Numbered from the stretch's first letter, positions 41,213-50,793 are shown. The stretch: 62,583 nucleotides of DNA from an uncultured bacterium (GCA_964554015.1 CAZKMO010000004.1:1-62583); one strand, 5' to 3'. Made by a program: numbers and translations. Notes: generated by a model not told the origin, from the sequence alone.

Positions 41213-41229
41213 TGGTCTAATTATTGCAT
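41213..41229 (+). promoter_or_regulatory. sigma54 promoter upstream of the type IV pilin gene
   Basis: TGGTCTAATTATTGCAT: canonical GG-N10-GC with TTGCA, about 80 nt upstream of the pilin ATG. Confidence 0.6.
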
Positions 41230-41310
41230 AAACAAAATATTATTGCAATAGAACAAAAAAATTGCAATATTTAAACAGTGAATTTCAAGATGAAGTGTTA
41301 AGGGACCGGT

Positions 41311-41655
41311 ATGTTATCTGAAGAAAGCGGATTTTCCTTTATTGAACTGATTATAGTGTTAATCATTATGATAATACTGCTAACCTCAATTAATGCTTAT
41401 TTCATCAATCTGCAGGAACAAATTAATGCCTCAGCCTGTAAAGCAAACCAATTGGGACTCGTACAGGCCCAGAATTTATATTATGTCGACTTATATATGC
41501 ATGAAGGTGAAGGTGATTATGCTGAAGAGTTGGAGGACTTGATCCCCTATATTGATAATGAAGAAATTCCTGTGTGTCCTTCACAAGGTACATATCTGAT
41601 ATTAGAATTCGGCGATATTGACTGCACCATACCCAGCCATAAAAGAATTAATTAA
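41311..41655 (+). CDS. Type IV pilin or pseudopilin with a class III signal peptide
   Basis: G|FSFIEL prepilin cleavage and methylation site with Glu5; hydrophobic alpha-1 helix; C36, C82, C98 and H103 in the mature chain. Confidence 0.9.
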   Translation: MLSEESGFSFIELIIVLIIMIILLTSINAYFINLQEQINASACKANQLGLVQAQNLYYVDLYMHEGEGDYAEELEDLIPYIDNEEIPVCPSQGTYLILEFGDIDCTIPSHKRIN

Positions 41656-42779
41656 TTTTCTTTTAAATTTGATAAAGAAGAATAAGCATGAACTGCAAAA
41701 CTTGCTAACCAATGTTCTCCCTCGTAATTTCCACTTAAAATATTCAAGGATCCAGTTTTAAGATGTGCAAGTCCTGCTTTGATTAAGGTTGTTTTTTTAG
41801 GATCCTCGTCTGGCAATACAGATGCAATACCAAACATACACCAAGCCCTACTTAAATTCAATCCATCCAGATGCACAATTTTGGGATCGGAACGATCGGA
41901 AACAGTTACAGGCTTTAATATATTTTCTGGGATTTGAGGTAGAAACAGATCAAACCATTTCAAAAACTGATCCTTGGTAAGCACTCTTCTCATAAGATCC
42001 GCTTCTATCAAAGAAGGTGAGAGAAAATCATCTCCACCTGGTTCCCAGCTTACAGGATAATTTTTATCAAGAAAATAATATTTTTTTGTTATCTTGATTA
42101 AAAGATCTTCCAGTCTTTTATCTTGACTAATTCTGGCATAATCAAGTGCAAAACCTAATCCAAAAGCAGAATTAGCATGAACACCCCGTCGAATGGGATA
42201 GGTCTGTTTTGGAAAGAAATCACAATATCTTTTACTAATCAATCTTGCCAATGGTAATAAATTTTCTTTCCACTTTTGTCCCTGGGGATCATTCCAGGTC
42301 TGTAATTCTGAAAAGAGTTTTAGCAACCAAGACCACCCATAAGTCCTTTCAAAAGATTTACGATTTTCCTGCTGAAAATAGAAAACCTCCTTATTAATAT
42401 TTTTGGCTGTCAAATTTATATCCAATACCTTCCTGATTTGATTAACATTTTCAATGTCAGGAAACATTTTTAACAGTTTTACCAGCATCCAGTGGCCATG
42501 TACAGCAGAATGCCAGTCAAAACATCCGTAAAAGGCTGGATGCATTTCACTGGGAAGATGTATATCCTCAGCACTATTTATCACATGACCTGGTTTATTG
42601 GGATATTCTTTTTGTAGGCAACTGAGGGCTAAATAAGATAAATTATAGGCAATATCTCGATTAAGCTGAAAATTTTGCATCTCTTTTTTAACTTTTTTAT
42701 AATCACAATTCTCTCTTCCACAGCAAAATAACAATCCCAATATTAAAAATGATATCATAAATAATGATTTTTTACCCAT
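41652..42779 (-). CDS. DUF2891-family protein (possible lipoprotein)
   Basis: HPAFYGCFDWHSAVHGHW, FERTYGWSW, HLDGLNLSRAW and YEGEHWLASFA motifs. Confidence 0.88.
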   Translation of the reverse strand: MGKKSLFMISFLILGLLFCCGRENCDYKKVKKEMQNFQLNRDIAYNLSYLALSCLQKEYPNKPGHVINSAEDIHLPSEMHPAFYGCFDWHSAVHGHWMLVKLLKMFPDIENVNQIRKVLDINLTAKNINKEVFYFQQENRKSFERTYGWSWLLKLFSELQTWNDPQGQKWKENLLPLARLISKRYCDFFPKQTYPIRRGVHANSAFGLGFALDYARISQDKRLEDLLIKITKKYYFLDKNYPVSWEPGGDDFLSPSLIEADLMRRVLTKDQFLKWFDLFLPQIPENILKPVTVSDRSDPKIVHLDGLNLSRAWCMFGIASVLPDEDPKKTTLIKAGLAHLKTGSLNILSGNYEGEHWLASFAVHAYSSLSNLKEN

Positions 42780-42873
42780 ATTTATTCCTTATTGGATTCT
42801 ATATAAGTATAGAAATAATAAAAACCTGTTCTTTCCCGTAAAGTAGCGTAAAGATTTAAATGAAAATCAGTTG

Positions 42874-42947
42874 TACGCCCGTTGGGATTTGAACCCAAAA
42901 CCTCAGGCTCCGGAGGCCTACGCTCTATCCAATTGAGCTACGGGCGC
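42874..42947 (-). tRNA. tRNA-Arg (CCG); CCA end not encoded
   Basis: GCGCCCG/CGGGCGT acceptor stem; D arm AGCTCAATTGGATAGAGC; anticodon loop CT-CCG-GA; T loop GGTTCAAATCC; 74 nt. Confidence 0.95.
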
Positions 42948-43099
42948 CAATAAGACACCAGTAGAATTTATCATAGTAAAGATATAAAGATTTTGTTATT
43001 ATGCAAAATTTTTTTATTTTATAAAACAATATTTTCTATTCAACCATCCTAATAATTTAGGTCTTTAAATATATATTTATTTAAAAAATGGAGATACTA

Positions 43100-43762
43100 A
43101 TGAAAAAGACAATCGGTATAATTGGTGGTATGACCCCAAAATCCACTGCTCTGATTTATAATAACATTATAGACATATATCAGAAAAAATTTAATGATTA
43201 TGCCTTTCCGAAAATAATAATTTACAGCGTGTCTTTTCAAAATTACATCGATGGAATGAAAAAGGATAATTGGGACTCTATTGCCGAGGAACTGCTTAAA
43301 ATTACCCATTCACTTAATAAAGCTGGGGCTGATTTCTGTATCATAGCAGCTAATACCATGCATAAAGTATTTGATAAGATTGAGAACAGATCCCCCCTTC
43401 CCATATTAAACATTATTGATGCCGTGGCTGAAAAAATCACTGATGCCAAAATAAAAAATGTTACCCTGCTTGGTACCCGATATACCATGATTGACTCTTT
43501 CTACCGGGATAGATTAAGGAAATTTGGAATTAAAACTCTGGTCCCGGACAAAAATTATATTGATATAATTCATGATATCATTTTAAATGAGCTGGGAAAA
43601 GAAATAATCAATAATGAATCCAGAAAGATAATTATTAATATTATCGAAGGTTTAAATGCCAAGGGATCTCAGGGATTGATTCTGGGATGTACTGAACTGC
43701 CTTTAATAATTGATACGGTTAAAATATTGTCATCCCAAGCTCTTGCTTACTCCTTGAATTGA
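43100..43762 (+). CDS. Aspartate/glutamate racemase family protein
   Basis: IGIIGGM, ANTMH, LLGTRYTM and ILGCTELP motifs; start at 43100 after a GGAGA RBS. Confidence 0.9.
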   Translation: MKKTIGIIGGMTPKSTALIYNNIIDIYQKKFNDYAFPKIIIYSVSFQNYIDGMKKDNWDSIAEELLKITHSLNKAGADFCIIAANTMHKVFDKIENRSPLPILNIIDAVAEKITDAKIKNVTLLGTRYTMIDSFYRDRLRKFGIKTLVPDKNYIDIIHDIILNELGKEIINNESRKIIINIIEGLNAKGSQGLILGCTELPLIIDTVKILSSQALAYSLN

Positions 43763-43866
43763 ATTCCTTAGTTATTAAAGTTAATTTCATTAATCCATAA
43801 ATATATTTTTTAATAACAAAAATTATTTTTATATGTATTACTCAAATTAATAATAAGGAAAATTTC

Positions 43867-45057
43867 ATGAAAAATATATTCATTGCTGCAACCGGGAAAG
43901 ACGTGGGAAAATCTACAATTTCTTTTGCTTTACTGGATTTATTAATACAAGATAACAAGGAAGTAGCCTTTATGAAACCGGTGGGACAACGTTGGCTGCA
44001 TTCAAAATGGGGAAAAATAGATGAAGATGTAATTTTAATGAAACAAATATTTCAGTTTCCAGACAGTCCTCCCTTTATGAATCCAATCGTGGTTGAAAAA
44101 GGATTTACAGAAAATTACTTAAACAAGATAGTCAAACCAAACCATACCCGAAAAATACTAAACGCATATCAGAAAATTTCAGAAAATAAAGAATATGTGA
44201 TTATTGAGGGTACCGGACATGCAGGAGTAGGTTCCGTTTTTGATACTTCCAACGCTAAAGTAGCTAAAATTCTGGATGCAGATGTTGTATTAGTGGTAGA
44301 CGGAGGAATTGGAAGTGCAATTGACAAACTGGAATTAAATCGATCTTTTTTTATTAATCATGGCGTTAAGGTTATTGGAGTAATGGTTAATAAAGTAATA
44401 CCGGAAAAATCTGAGAAAATTAAAAAAGCTATTCGTAATTATTGTAAAATTCACAAAATTAAATTTCTGGGAATTATACCCTATTCTCCCATTTTAAGTC
44501 ATCCCACTCTGGGTCAAATTATCAATGAGTTAAATCCCAAAATTATTTACGAAACAAATGGACGAAAAACAGTTATTGACTCTTTTGCCATTGGTGCAAC
44601 TAATCTTGAGGAATTCATCGAATATATAAAAAATATGCGAGGTAATATTTTGTTAATTTTACCTTCTCTTAGATTAGACATGATTTTTACTATTCCTAAT
44701 TTAAAAAATTTCTTTGAAAATGAAAACACCAAAATCCATACTATTCTTTTTACCGGTAAACACCAACCATCCCCAATTGCAGTCCAAATTCTGATTAAGG
44801 AAAAAATAAACATTCTGTGGATACAAGGAGATACTTATAAGGTAGTATCTCAACTATCTACCATTTCCATTAAAACAAGACCGGAAGATAGCTACAAAAT
44901 CGAAGAAATAAAAAATATTGTTATTAGTAACATATTTTATAAACAATTATTCCAATCAGTCTCACAATCAAAAATAATAATATCATTTTTAACCAAAGTT
45001 ATAAATAAACTGATTGCAATATGGGAAAAAATAAGGACTTTCTTTAATAAAATATAA
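43867..45057 (+). CDS. Stand-alone BioD-like/AAA plus DRTGG domain protein (phosphotransacetylase N-terminal-like)
   Basis: TGKDVGKS, FMKPVGQR and IEGTGHAGVGS motifs; degenerate DRTGG region; no catalytic PTA domain. Confidence 0.8.
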   Translation: MKNIFIAATGKDVGKSTISFALLDLLIQDNKEVAFMKPVGQRWLHSKWGKIDEDVILMKQIFQFPDSPPFMNPIVVEKGFTENYLNKIVKPNHTRKILNAYQKISENKEYVIIEGTGHAGVGSVFDTSNAKVAKILDADVVLVVDGGIGSAIDKLELNRSFFINHGVKVIGVMVNKVIPEKSEKIKKAIRNYCKIHKIKFLGIIPYSPILSHPTLGQIINELNPKIIYETNGRKTVIDSFAIGATNLEEFIEYIKNMRGNILLILPSLRLDMIFTIPNLKNFFENENTKIHTILFTGKHQPSPIAVQILIKEKINILWIQGDTYKVVSQLSTISIKTRPEDSYKIEEIKNIVISNIFYKQLFQSVSQSKIIISFLTKVINKLIAIWEKIRTFFNKI

Positions 45058-45284
45058 ACTAAAATAAAGTACATATTTTGGCGAAGGCATATAAAACCAG
45101 ATGTAATGATCATATCCAATATCCTGTACCTTTTGTATCAATTAAAATAACCGGAATCATTCTGCTACCCTCCTGCCCTCCTCACAACCACTTGAAGTAA
45201 CTGTGTCTCTTTTGAGGAAATCCTTTTTTCAGGGCTGACTAAATAAATTTCAAAAAGTATATACAAAAATTAATCATACCTACA

Positions 45285-48200
45285 CTACTCAGCATTTTCT
45301 GAAAAAATAACCGTAAATTGAGTTCCATATTTTCTTTTAATTTCTAACTTCCCCTCAATTTGTTCGGTAAGTAAATTGATTAATTTCAATCCCAGTGTTT
45401 TTACTTCATCTATATCAATATTCTCAGGAATACCAATACCATTATCCTTTACCCGAAGTTCATATGTATGGTCTTTCATACTGAATTCAATAGATATTTT
45501 CCCTGTAATACGATTTGGAAAGGCATGCTTTAAGGCATTAGTAATAATTTCATTCAACAGCAAACCGCAGGGAATAGCTTTATTAATATCCAAGAAAATA
45601 TCTTTAACATTCATATCCAGAGTTATTTTTTTACTTTTGGAAAAACTGGATAACAATCCCCTTACCATTGTTCGTATATAATTATTCATATTAATATGGG
45701 AAAAACTATCCGATTTATAAAGCTGATCATGAACAAGTGCCATAGAATAGACTCGATCTTTGGTTTCATTAAAAGCAGTAAGGGCTTGTTTTTTATTCTC
45801 TATTTGATTACTCTGGAGATTAAGTAAACTAACAATTACATTAAGATTATTTTTTACCCTATGATGTATTTCCTTAAGAAGTACTTCTTTCTCTTTCAAA
45901 TCCTTTTTAATCTGTTCTTTTGCTTTTTGCTGATCAGTTATATCTACACAAGCACCAATCCTTTTACATGGTCGTCCTTCATCATTTAACAAGGGAACAC
46001 CTTGGTCTACCCAGTATCGCCAAGAACCATCTTTCTTTCTGATTCGGTATTCATCTTTACCCGGGATAAAAGATGTTCTATACTTATCTACTGCTTTCCT
46101 TATCTTCTCCCTTTCGGTAGGATGAATAAGTTCAAACAAACCCTGTAATGTATATTTAATTTCTCCTTCTTTATACCCTAAGGTTTTTTCCAAACTGCCA
46201 AACCAGTTCAAAGTATCAGTTTTAAGATCCCACTCATAAACCATATCACTAACAGCCTCTGCAGCCAAACGGAATCGTTCTTCACTAACTTCTAAAGCAC
46301 GTTCAATTTGTCTGCGATGTAATATTTCAGATAAATGGCTGGTTATAGTTTCAATGGCTGATTTATAACAGATATCTTGTCCCCTAGCAGTAAGGATGGT
46401 TATTCCTCCATAGGGTTTATCTTTTAAGGCAAATCCAACTGTATAACATTTATCAATTCCTAAAAGTTTCTCGGCAGCACGACATATAACCTTGGGTATT
46501 TTTTCTTCCATTAAAACATAGAGCCCTCCAGGGATATTTTCCAGTTTTCCTGAGGTATAAAGATTGACAATTGAATCCATCTCACCCGGATGGAAAGCTA
46601 TTGAAATCAGATCCTTACCAGTCATGTCAAATAAACGATCAATATACTCTTCAAAACCTACTAAGGTTCTAATGGTTACTGCCTTCACTTCGGGGTCATA
46701 AAGAGAGACAGCAACGTATGAATTTGGATTAAGCTTACGTATTACATTTCCAATATATTCACATATTTTATTAATACTTTGCATACGACTGATCTTGATA
46801 ATAGTTGTATTAATAAAATTTAATTCCCGGAGTATCTGCTTTCGTCTTTCTTCTGTTTTCTTTTGTTCGGTAATATCATGAGCCATACTTAAAAATAATT
46901 TTCTCCCCTTTTCATCCCGATCCAGGGGAGAAGAGCTAAAATGCCATACCAGATTCTTCCCACCTTTGGTTTTTATAGTATATTCTCCCTCATAAACCTT
47001 TTTATTTTGCTTATACAATTTTTCAATATCTTTTTTTACTTTTTTCTTTTCTTGCCCATAAACTTTTTCAGTCCAATTAGAAACTGTAGGCATTTCCTTT
47101 AATCTATACCCGCTTATAGTTTCCCATACCTTATTAACCAGAATAACCTCTCCGTCTTCTGCATGTACCATCACAGGAAAAGGTGCTTTCATTATCGATT
47201 TTCTAAACCTTTCTTCACTTTCCCTTAAGGCATTCTCAGCCCTTTTACGACCGGTAATATCAGTGAACACACCATATGCATACCTTTCTTCATTCTCTTT
47301 TAGCACAACATCAGCTAAATCATGTATCCATATCCACTTGCCATCTTTTCGTTTAATTCTGTATTCAACATTATACTTCTTTCCTTTAGTAAATAATTGC
47401 TTGAATCTTTTTTTTACTTTTTCTATATCGTCCTGGTGAACTCTTTCAAACCAATATTTATAACCTGCTTTATAAATTTCTTTAGGTGTATAGCCATATA
47501 CTTCCTTTATATTTGAACTAATAAAAACAGTTATGCCTTTCTCACTGGTTTTCCATAAAACAGAGGGAACATTTTCAACTAGTAGTTGGTATTTCTCATC
47601 GCTTTGCTGTAAATCTTTTTCTACATCCGTACGTTCAGTAATATCATGAACCATACCCATCGATATACAAATTTTTCCTGATCTATCCGCAATATGTTCA
47701 CATTTTTCCTGGACAATACGGACAGTATCATCCGGACGTAAAATGCGATGTTCTATACTGTAGGGTTGTTTGTTTTTTACTGATTTATTGTAAGCTTGAT
47801 CAACTTTTTCTCTATCCTCAGGATGAACTGCTGCCAAAAAATTTTTATAGCTTGGTTCAAACTTCTGGGGATCTAATCCAAAAATCCTGAATACCTCATC
47901 CGACCAAGTGAGGTGATTATTTTTTAAATCAAAACACCAGCTGCCTATATGAGCAATCTCCTGTGATTTTTTTAGTAATTTAATTACTTCTTCCTGTTGC
48001 TTTTCTACTTCAATACTATATATTGCAAAACTAATATCACTGGCAACTTCACTGAATAATCCCTGTCCCTCTTCATCAACCGCAAAATGAGCAGGAAGAA
48101 TTACAGATAAAAGACCATAAATTTTTCCTTTATATTCTAAACGCACTATCATAGCTTTTTTATTTTTTGTCTGCTCAAAAATAGGACACTGCCTGCAATC

Positions 48201-48902
48201 TTTCTTAGTATTATCAATTAAGATAACTTCACTTTTTTCTAAAGCATGACTACAACACCTATATATTCTCCCTTTTCTCATTTGAGTTATAAATTCAGTA
48301 AATTTCTTCCCCATACCTATTTCTGCAGACAGTGTAGGCTTGTTATTTTCATCCAAAACTATTATCCAGGCTTTTTCAAATCCTCGGGTTTCTGTAAGAA
48401 GTTTACAGGCTCGATTAATAAGTTTATTCTTATCTTTTTCTCTGGTAATAAACTGATTCACATTACGCACTGCCCTAAGCACCTGGGTCAGATAATTGAT
48501 TTTCTCTCCTGATTTTTTCTTCTCTGTGATATCTTCCCCAGAACTCAAAGTACCGATTATGTTTTTTTCTTTATCCCGTAAGATGGCATTATGCCAGGCT
48601 ATAATTTTTTCCTTCCCACTTTTGGTGAGAACTGGGTTCTCATAATATTCAGCTGGCTTAATTTTTCCAGTTATTAATTGATTATAGACCTTTTTAACTT
48701 CTTCTCTATATTGTCGGGGTAGAAAATAATTGAACCAAATTTTCCCTAGAATATCCTTTTCAGGATATTCTAAAATTTTACATCCTTTCTTGTTGATATG
48801 ACGAATCCTCCCCTGTTTATCAAGTACTATAAACATGACTCCTGCAATATTAAAGAAAGATTCGGTTTTAATATCAAAAAATTCAGCTGATTTCTTTCTC
48901 AT
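45285..48902 (-). CDS. Cytoplasmic multi-PAS/GAF histidine kinase, HisKA_2 type
   Basis: EIHHRVKNNL H-box; NEIITNALKHAF; DNGIG; TLGLKLI; five PAS/PAC and two GAF-like segments. Confidence 0.92.
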   Translation of the reverse strand: MRKKSAEFFDIKTESFFNIAGVMFIVLDKQGRIRHINKKGCKILEYPEKDILGKIWFNYFLPRQYREEVKKVYNQLITGKIKPAEYYENPVLTKSGKEKIIAWHNAILRDKEKNIIGTLSSGEDITEKKKSGEKINYLTQVLRAVRNVNQFITREKDKNKLINRACKLLTETRGFEKAWIIVLDENNKPTLSAEIGMGKKFTEFITQMRKGRIYRCCSHALEKSEVILIDNTKKDCRQCPIFEQTKNKKAMIVRLEYKGKIYGLLSVILPAHFAVDEEGQGLFSEVASDISFAIYSIEVEKQQEEVIKLLKKSQEIAHIGSWCFDLKNNHLTWSDEVFRIFGLDPQKFEPSYKNFLAAVHPEDREKVDQAYNKSVKNKQPYSIEHRILRPDDTVRIVQEKCEHIADRSGKICISMGMVHDITERTDVEKDLQQSDEKYQLLVENVPSVLWKTSEKGITVFISSNIKEVYGYTPKEIYKAGYKYWFERVHQDDIEKVKKRFKQLFTKGKKYNVEYRIKRKDGKWIWIHDLADVVLKENEERYAYGVFTDITGRKRAENALRESEERFRKSIMKAPFPVMVHAEDGEVILVNKVWETISGYRLKEMPTVSNWTEKVYGQEKKKVKKDIEKLYKQNKKVYEGEYTIKTKGGKNLVWHFSSSPLDRDEKGRKLFLSMAHDITEQKKTEERRKQILRELNFINTTIIKISRMQSINKICEYIGNVIRKLNPNSYVAVSLYDPEVKAVTIRTLVGFEEYIDRLFDMTGKDLISIAFHPGEMDSIVNLYTSGKLENIPGGLYVLMEEKIPKVICRAAEKLLGIDKCYTVGFALKDKPYGGITILTARGQDICYKSAIETITSHLSEILHRRQIERALEVSEERFRLAAEAVSDMVYEWDLKTDTLNWFGSLEKTLGYKEGEIKYTLQGLFELIHPTEREKIRKAVDKYRTSFIPGKDEYRIRKKDGSWRYWVDQGVPLLNDEGRPCKRIGACVDITDQQKAKEQIKKDLKEKEVLLKEIHHRVKNNLNVIVSLLNLQSNQIENKKQALTAFNETKDRVYSMALVHDQLYKSDSFSHINMNNYIRTMVRGLLSSFSKSKKITLDMNVKDIFLDINKAIPCGLLLNEIITNALKHAFPNRITGKISIEFSMKDHTYELRVKDNGIGIPENIDIDEVKTLGLKLINLLTEQIEGKLEIKRKYGTQFTVIFSENAE

Positions 48903-49137
48903 AATTTCCTCACTGTTTAACAGAGAAAAAACATAATTATGTCAATATTTGTATTTTTTTAAAATTTTATGTTCAATTTTAATTACTATTCATATGAGTA
49001 ATGAATAAACTGAAATGCTGCAAGAAATAAACCAATGTTTAAATTATTCAGGTTTTAATGATAACCATAACCTTTATTGATTTAATTATTTTTCTAAAAA
49101 CTTATTCTACTAGAATTAATATTTTACATTTCTTAAT

Positions 49138-49182
49138 AAAAAAAAATCCCTACTAATAGGATTTCATCCTAAAAGTAGGAAT
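49138..49182 (-). terminator. Intrinsic terminator of the KamA-family gene
   Basis: mRNA UUCCUACU-uuu-AGGAU-gaa-AUCCU-auu-AGUAGGGAU followed by a U tract. Confidence 0.7.
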
Positions 49183-49207
49183 TCATTAAATAAAATTGAC
49201 ATTAAAA

Positions 49208-50572
49208 TTAAGCTATATCTCTGTAATCAAAATCAAAACGTTTAATACCTTCTTCCTGGGTTTCAAAAAAGAATTTCTGTTCAAAGAAGGCTGGGGAAAG
49301 ATCATTAAGCCAGATAGCATCTTCATTAAACTGAGCAAAAAATAAACGATCCACCCAATCAGGATTTTTCCCCTGAATAAATCTCAACCCTATAACTCTA
49401 TCTCCTAAAACATCCACTTCACCTAAAATTTGAATTTTCCCATATTTAGTTGACATACAGGGTCCTCTTACTGTTCGGCATATCCCACTAACTCTTTTAT
49501 ATGCTTCTCTATAAATTTTCCATGATTCCACCAGGGGGATACTGAAATAATGCTGTGCTCCTGTATTTCTGGCAATAAACATATAATAAGGAATTAATCC
49601 TAAATTAACCTGTTCCTTCCACATAGTGGACCATATTCCTTCATTATCATTGATATGACGCATAATCGGAGATTGGGTACGGATATTGACTCCTGTACTC
49701 CTTATCTTATCTATGGCTTCTACAACAACATTAGTACTTAATTCATTGGGATGACTAAAATGAGCCATAAGAGTTAAATGTTTACCTTTACTTTTTACAT
49801 ATTTAAATAAATCAAGTAATTCATTTGCATCATGATCGGTTAAAAATCTATAGGGCCAATATGCTAATACTTTTGAACCAATACGAATATTTTTAACTGA
49901 AGGTACTTTTTCAACAATAGGTTTTATATAAACAGCAAGTTTATCCGCCTTCATTACCAGGGGATCACCACCAGTGAATAATACATCGGTAACTTCTTCA
50001 TGTTGTTGTAAATAGTCAACTAATAATTTTGCTTCCCTCATGGCAAATTTAATAAGATTCATACCCGTAAATTGAGGCCACCTGAAACAAAATGTACAAA
50101 AAGCATGACAGGTTTGTCCGGCACTGGGGAAAAATAACAATGTTTCCCTGTATTTATGCTGTATCCCCATTAACTTTTTATCCTGTAACATGGGAACATT
50201 TTTTAATTGATCAGCTGGATGTGGATTTAACTGATAACGTATTTCATTTACAACCCTATCGATTTCTTCTCTGCTGGAATCATTTTTTATTAAATTCGCT
50301 ATCCTGCAGAAATGATGTGGTGTTAACATTTCTTTTTGGGGAAAGGTCAAGTGAAAAATTGGATCATTAGGCAAATCATCCCAGTTTATTAATTCATCCA
50401 CTACATAGTTATTTACTTTAAACGGTAAAACCTGGCCTACAACCTCAATATTAAACCGTTCCTGTTCCGAAAGAGTATTAATCTGGGGAATGTTTTTAAA
50501 ATTTTTCAATCCATATGATTTATATATTTTGGATTTAAGATTTTTACCAATTTTTAAATAATTTTTCTTCAT
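49208..50572 (-). CDS. KamA-family radical SAM enzyme (lysine 2,3-aminomutase-like)
   Basis: QHKYRET, TCHAFCTFCFRW, LFTGGDPL, HFSHPNEL and PYYMF motifs; AGGAGGT RBS before the ATG at 50572. Substrate not established. Confidence 0.88.
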   Translation of the reverse strand: MKKNYLKIGKNLKSKIYKSYGLKNFKNIPQINTLSEQERFNIEVVGQVLPFKVNNYVVDELINWDDLPNDPIFHLTFPQKEMLTPHHFCRIANLIKNDSSREEIDRVVNEIRYQLNPHPADQLKNVPMLQDKKLMGIQHKYRETLLFFPSAGQTCHAFCTFCFRWPQFTGMNLIKFAMREAKLLVDYLQQHEEVTDVLFTGGDPLVMKADKLAVYIKPIVEKVPSVKNIRIGSKVLAYWPYRFLTDHDANELLDLFKYVKSKGKHLTLMAHFSHPNELSTNVVVEAIDKIRSTGVNIRTQSPIMRHINDNEGIWSTMWKEQVNLGLIPYYMFIARNTGAQHYFSIPLVESWKIYREAYKRVSGICRTVRGPCMSTKYGKIQILGEVDVLGDRVIGLRFIQGKNPDWVDRLFFAQFNEDAIWLNDLSPAFFEQKFFFETQEEGIKRFDFDYRDIA

Positions 50573-50793
50573 CGTCACCTCCTCTCATAACAAACGTATA
50601 ATCATATATATAAACATACTACTGGTATCAAAAAGTAGAATTACTTTTAACCCACTGTCCTTCTTTTATGGCAAACCACCCTTGGTGATTTTAATCATTT
50701 ATAGATAAAACTTAAATTTTTTTACCATGTTAATGGTATTTAAGAGGCAATGAAACTTAAAAAAAATAAAATGAATTGTTTCTATTGCTATAA

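Noticed and set aside
41223-41279. CRISPR-like array from the 19-bp periodic repeats
   Set aside because: The units are too short and degenerate, have no unique spacers, and no cas genes are present.
41311-41655. Electrically conductive 'e-pilin' assignment
   Set aside because: Aromatics at 1, 24, 50/51 and His57 partly match the Geobacter pattern, but positions 27 and 32 are not aromatic and there is a 25-residue aromatic-free gap. The e-pilin criteria are themselves contested.
42780-43090. tRNA-Arg as an integration site of an island or prophage
   Set aside because: No integrase, no duplicated tRNA 3' end and no phage genes in the window.
44937-45119. 60-aa minus-strand ORF
   Set aside because: Mostly antisense to the 3' end of the DRTGG gene with low-complexity hydrophobic composition; only the upstream 16-codon ORF has a good SD.
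50668-50695. Cyclic-di-GMP-I riboswitch-like GGCAAACC on the plus strand
   Set aside because: No GNRA-capped P1 followed by GACGCAAAGC, no second stem, and it is far from a same-strand start.
50573-50793. Lysine riboswitch upstream of the KamA-family gene
   Set aside because: The conserved AGAGG, loop-E, kissing-loop and five-way junction elements were not found.
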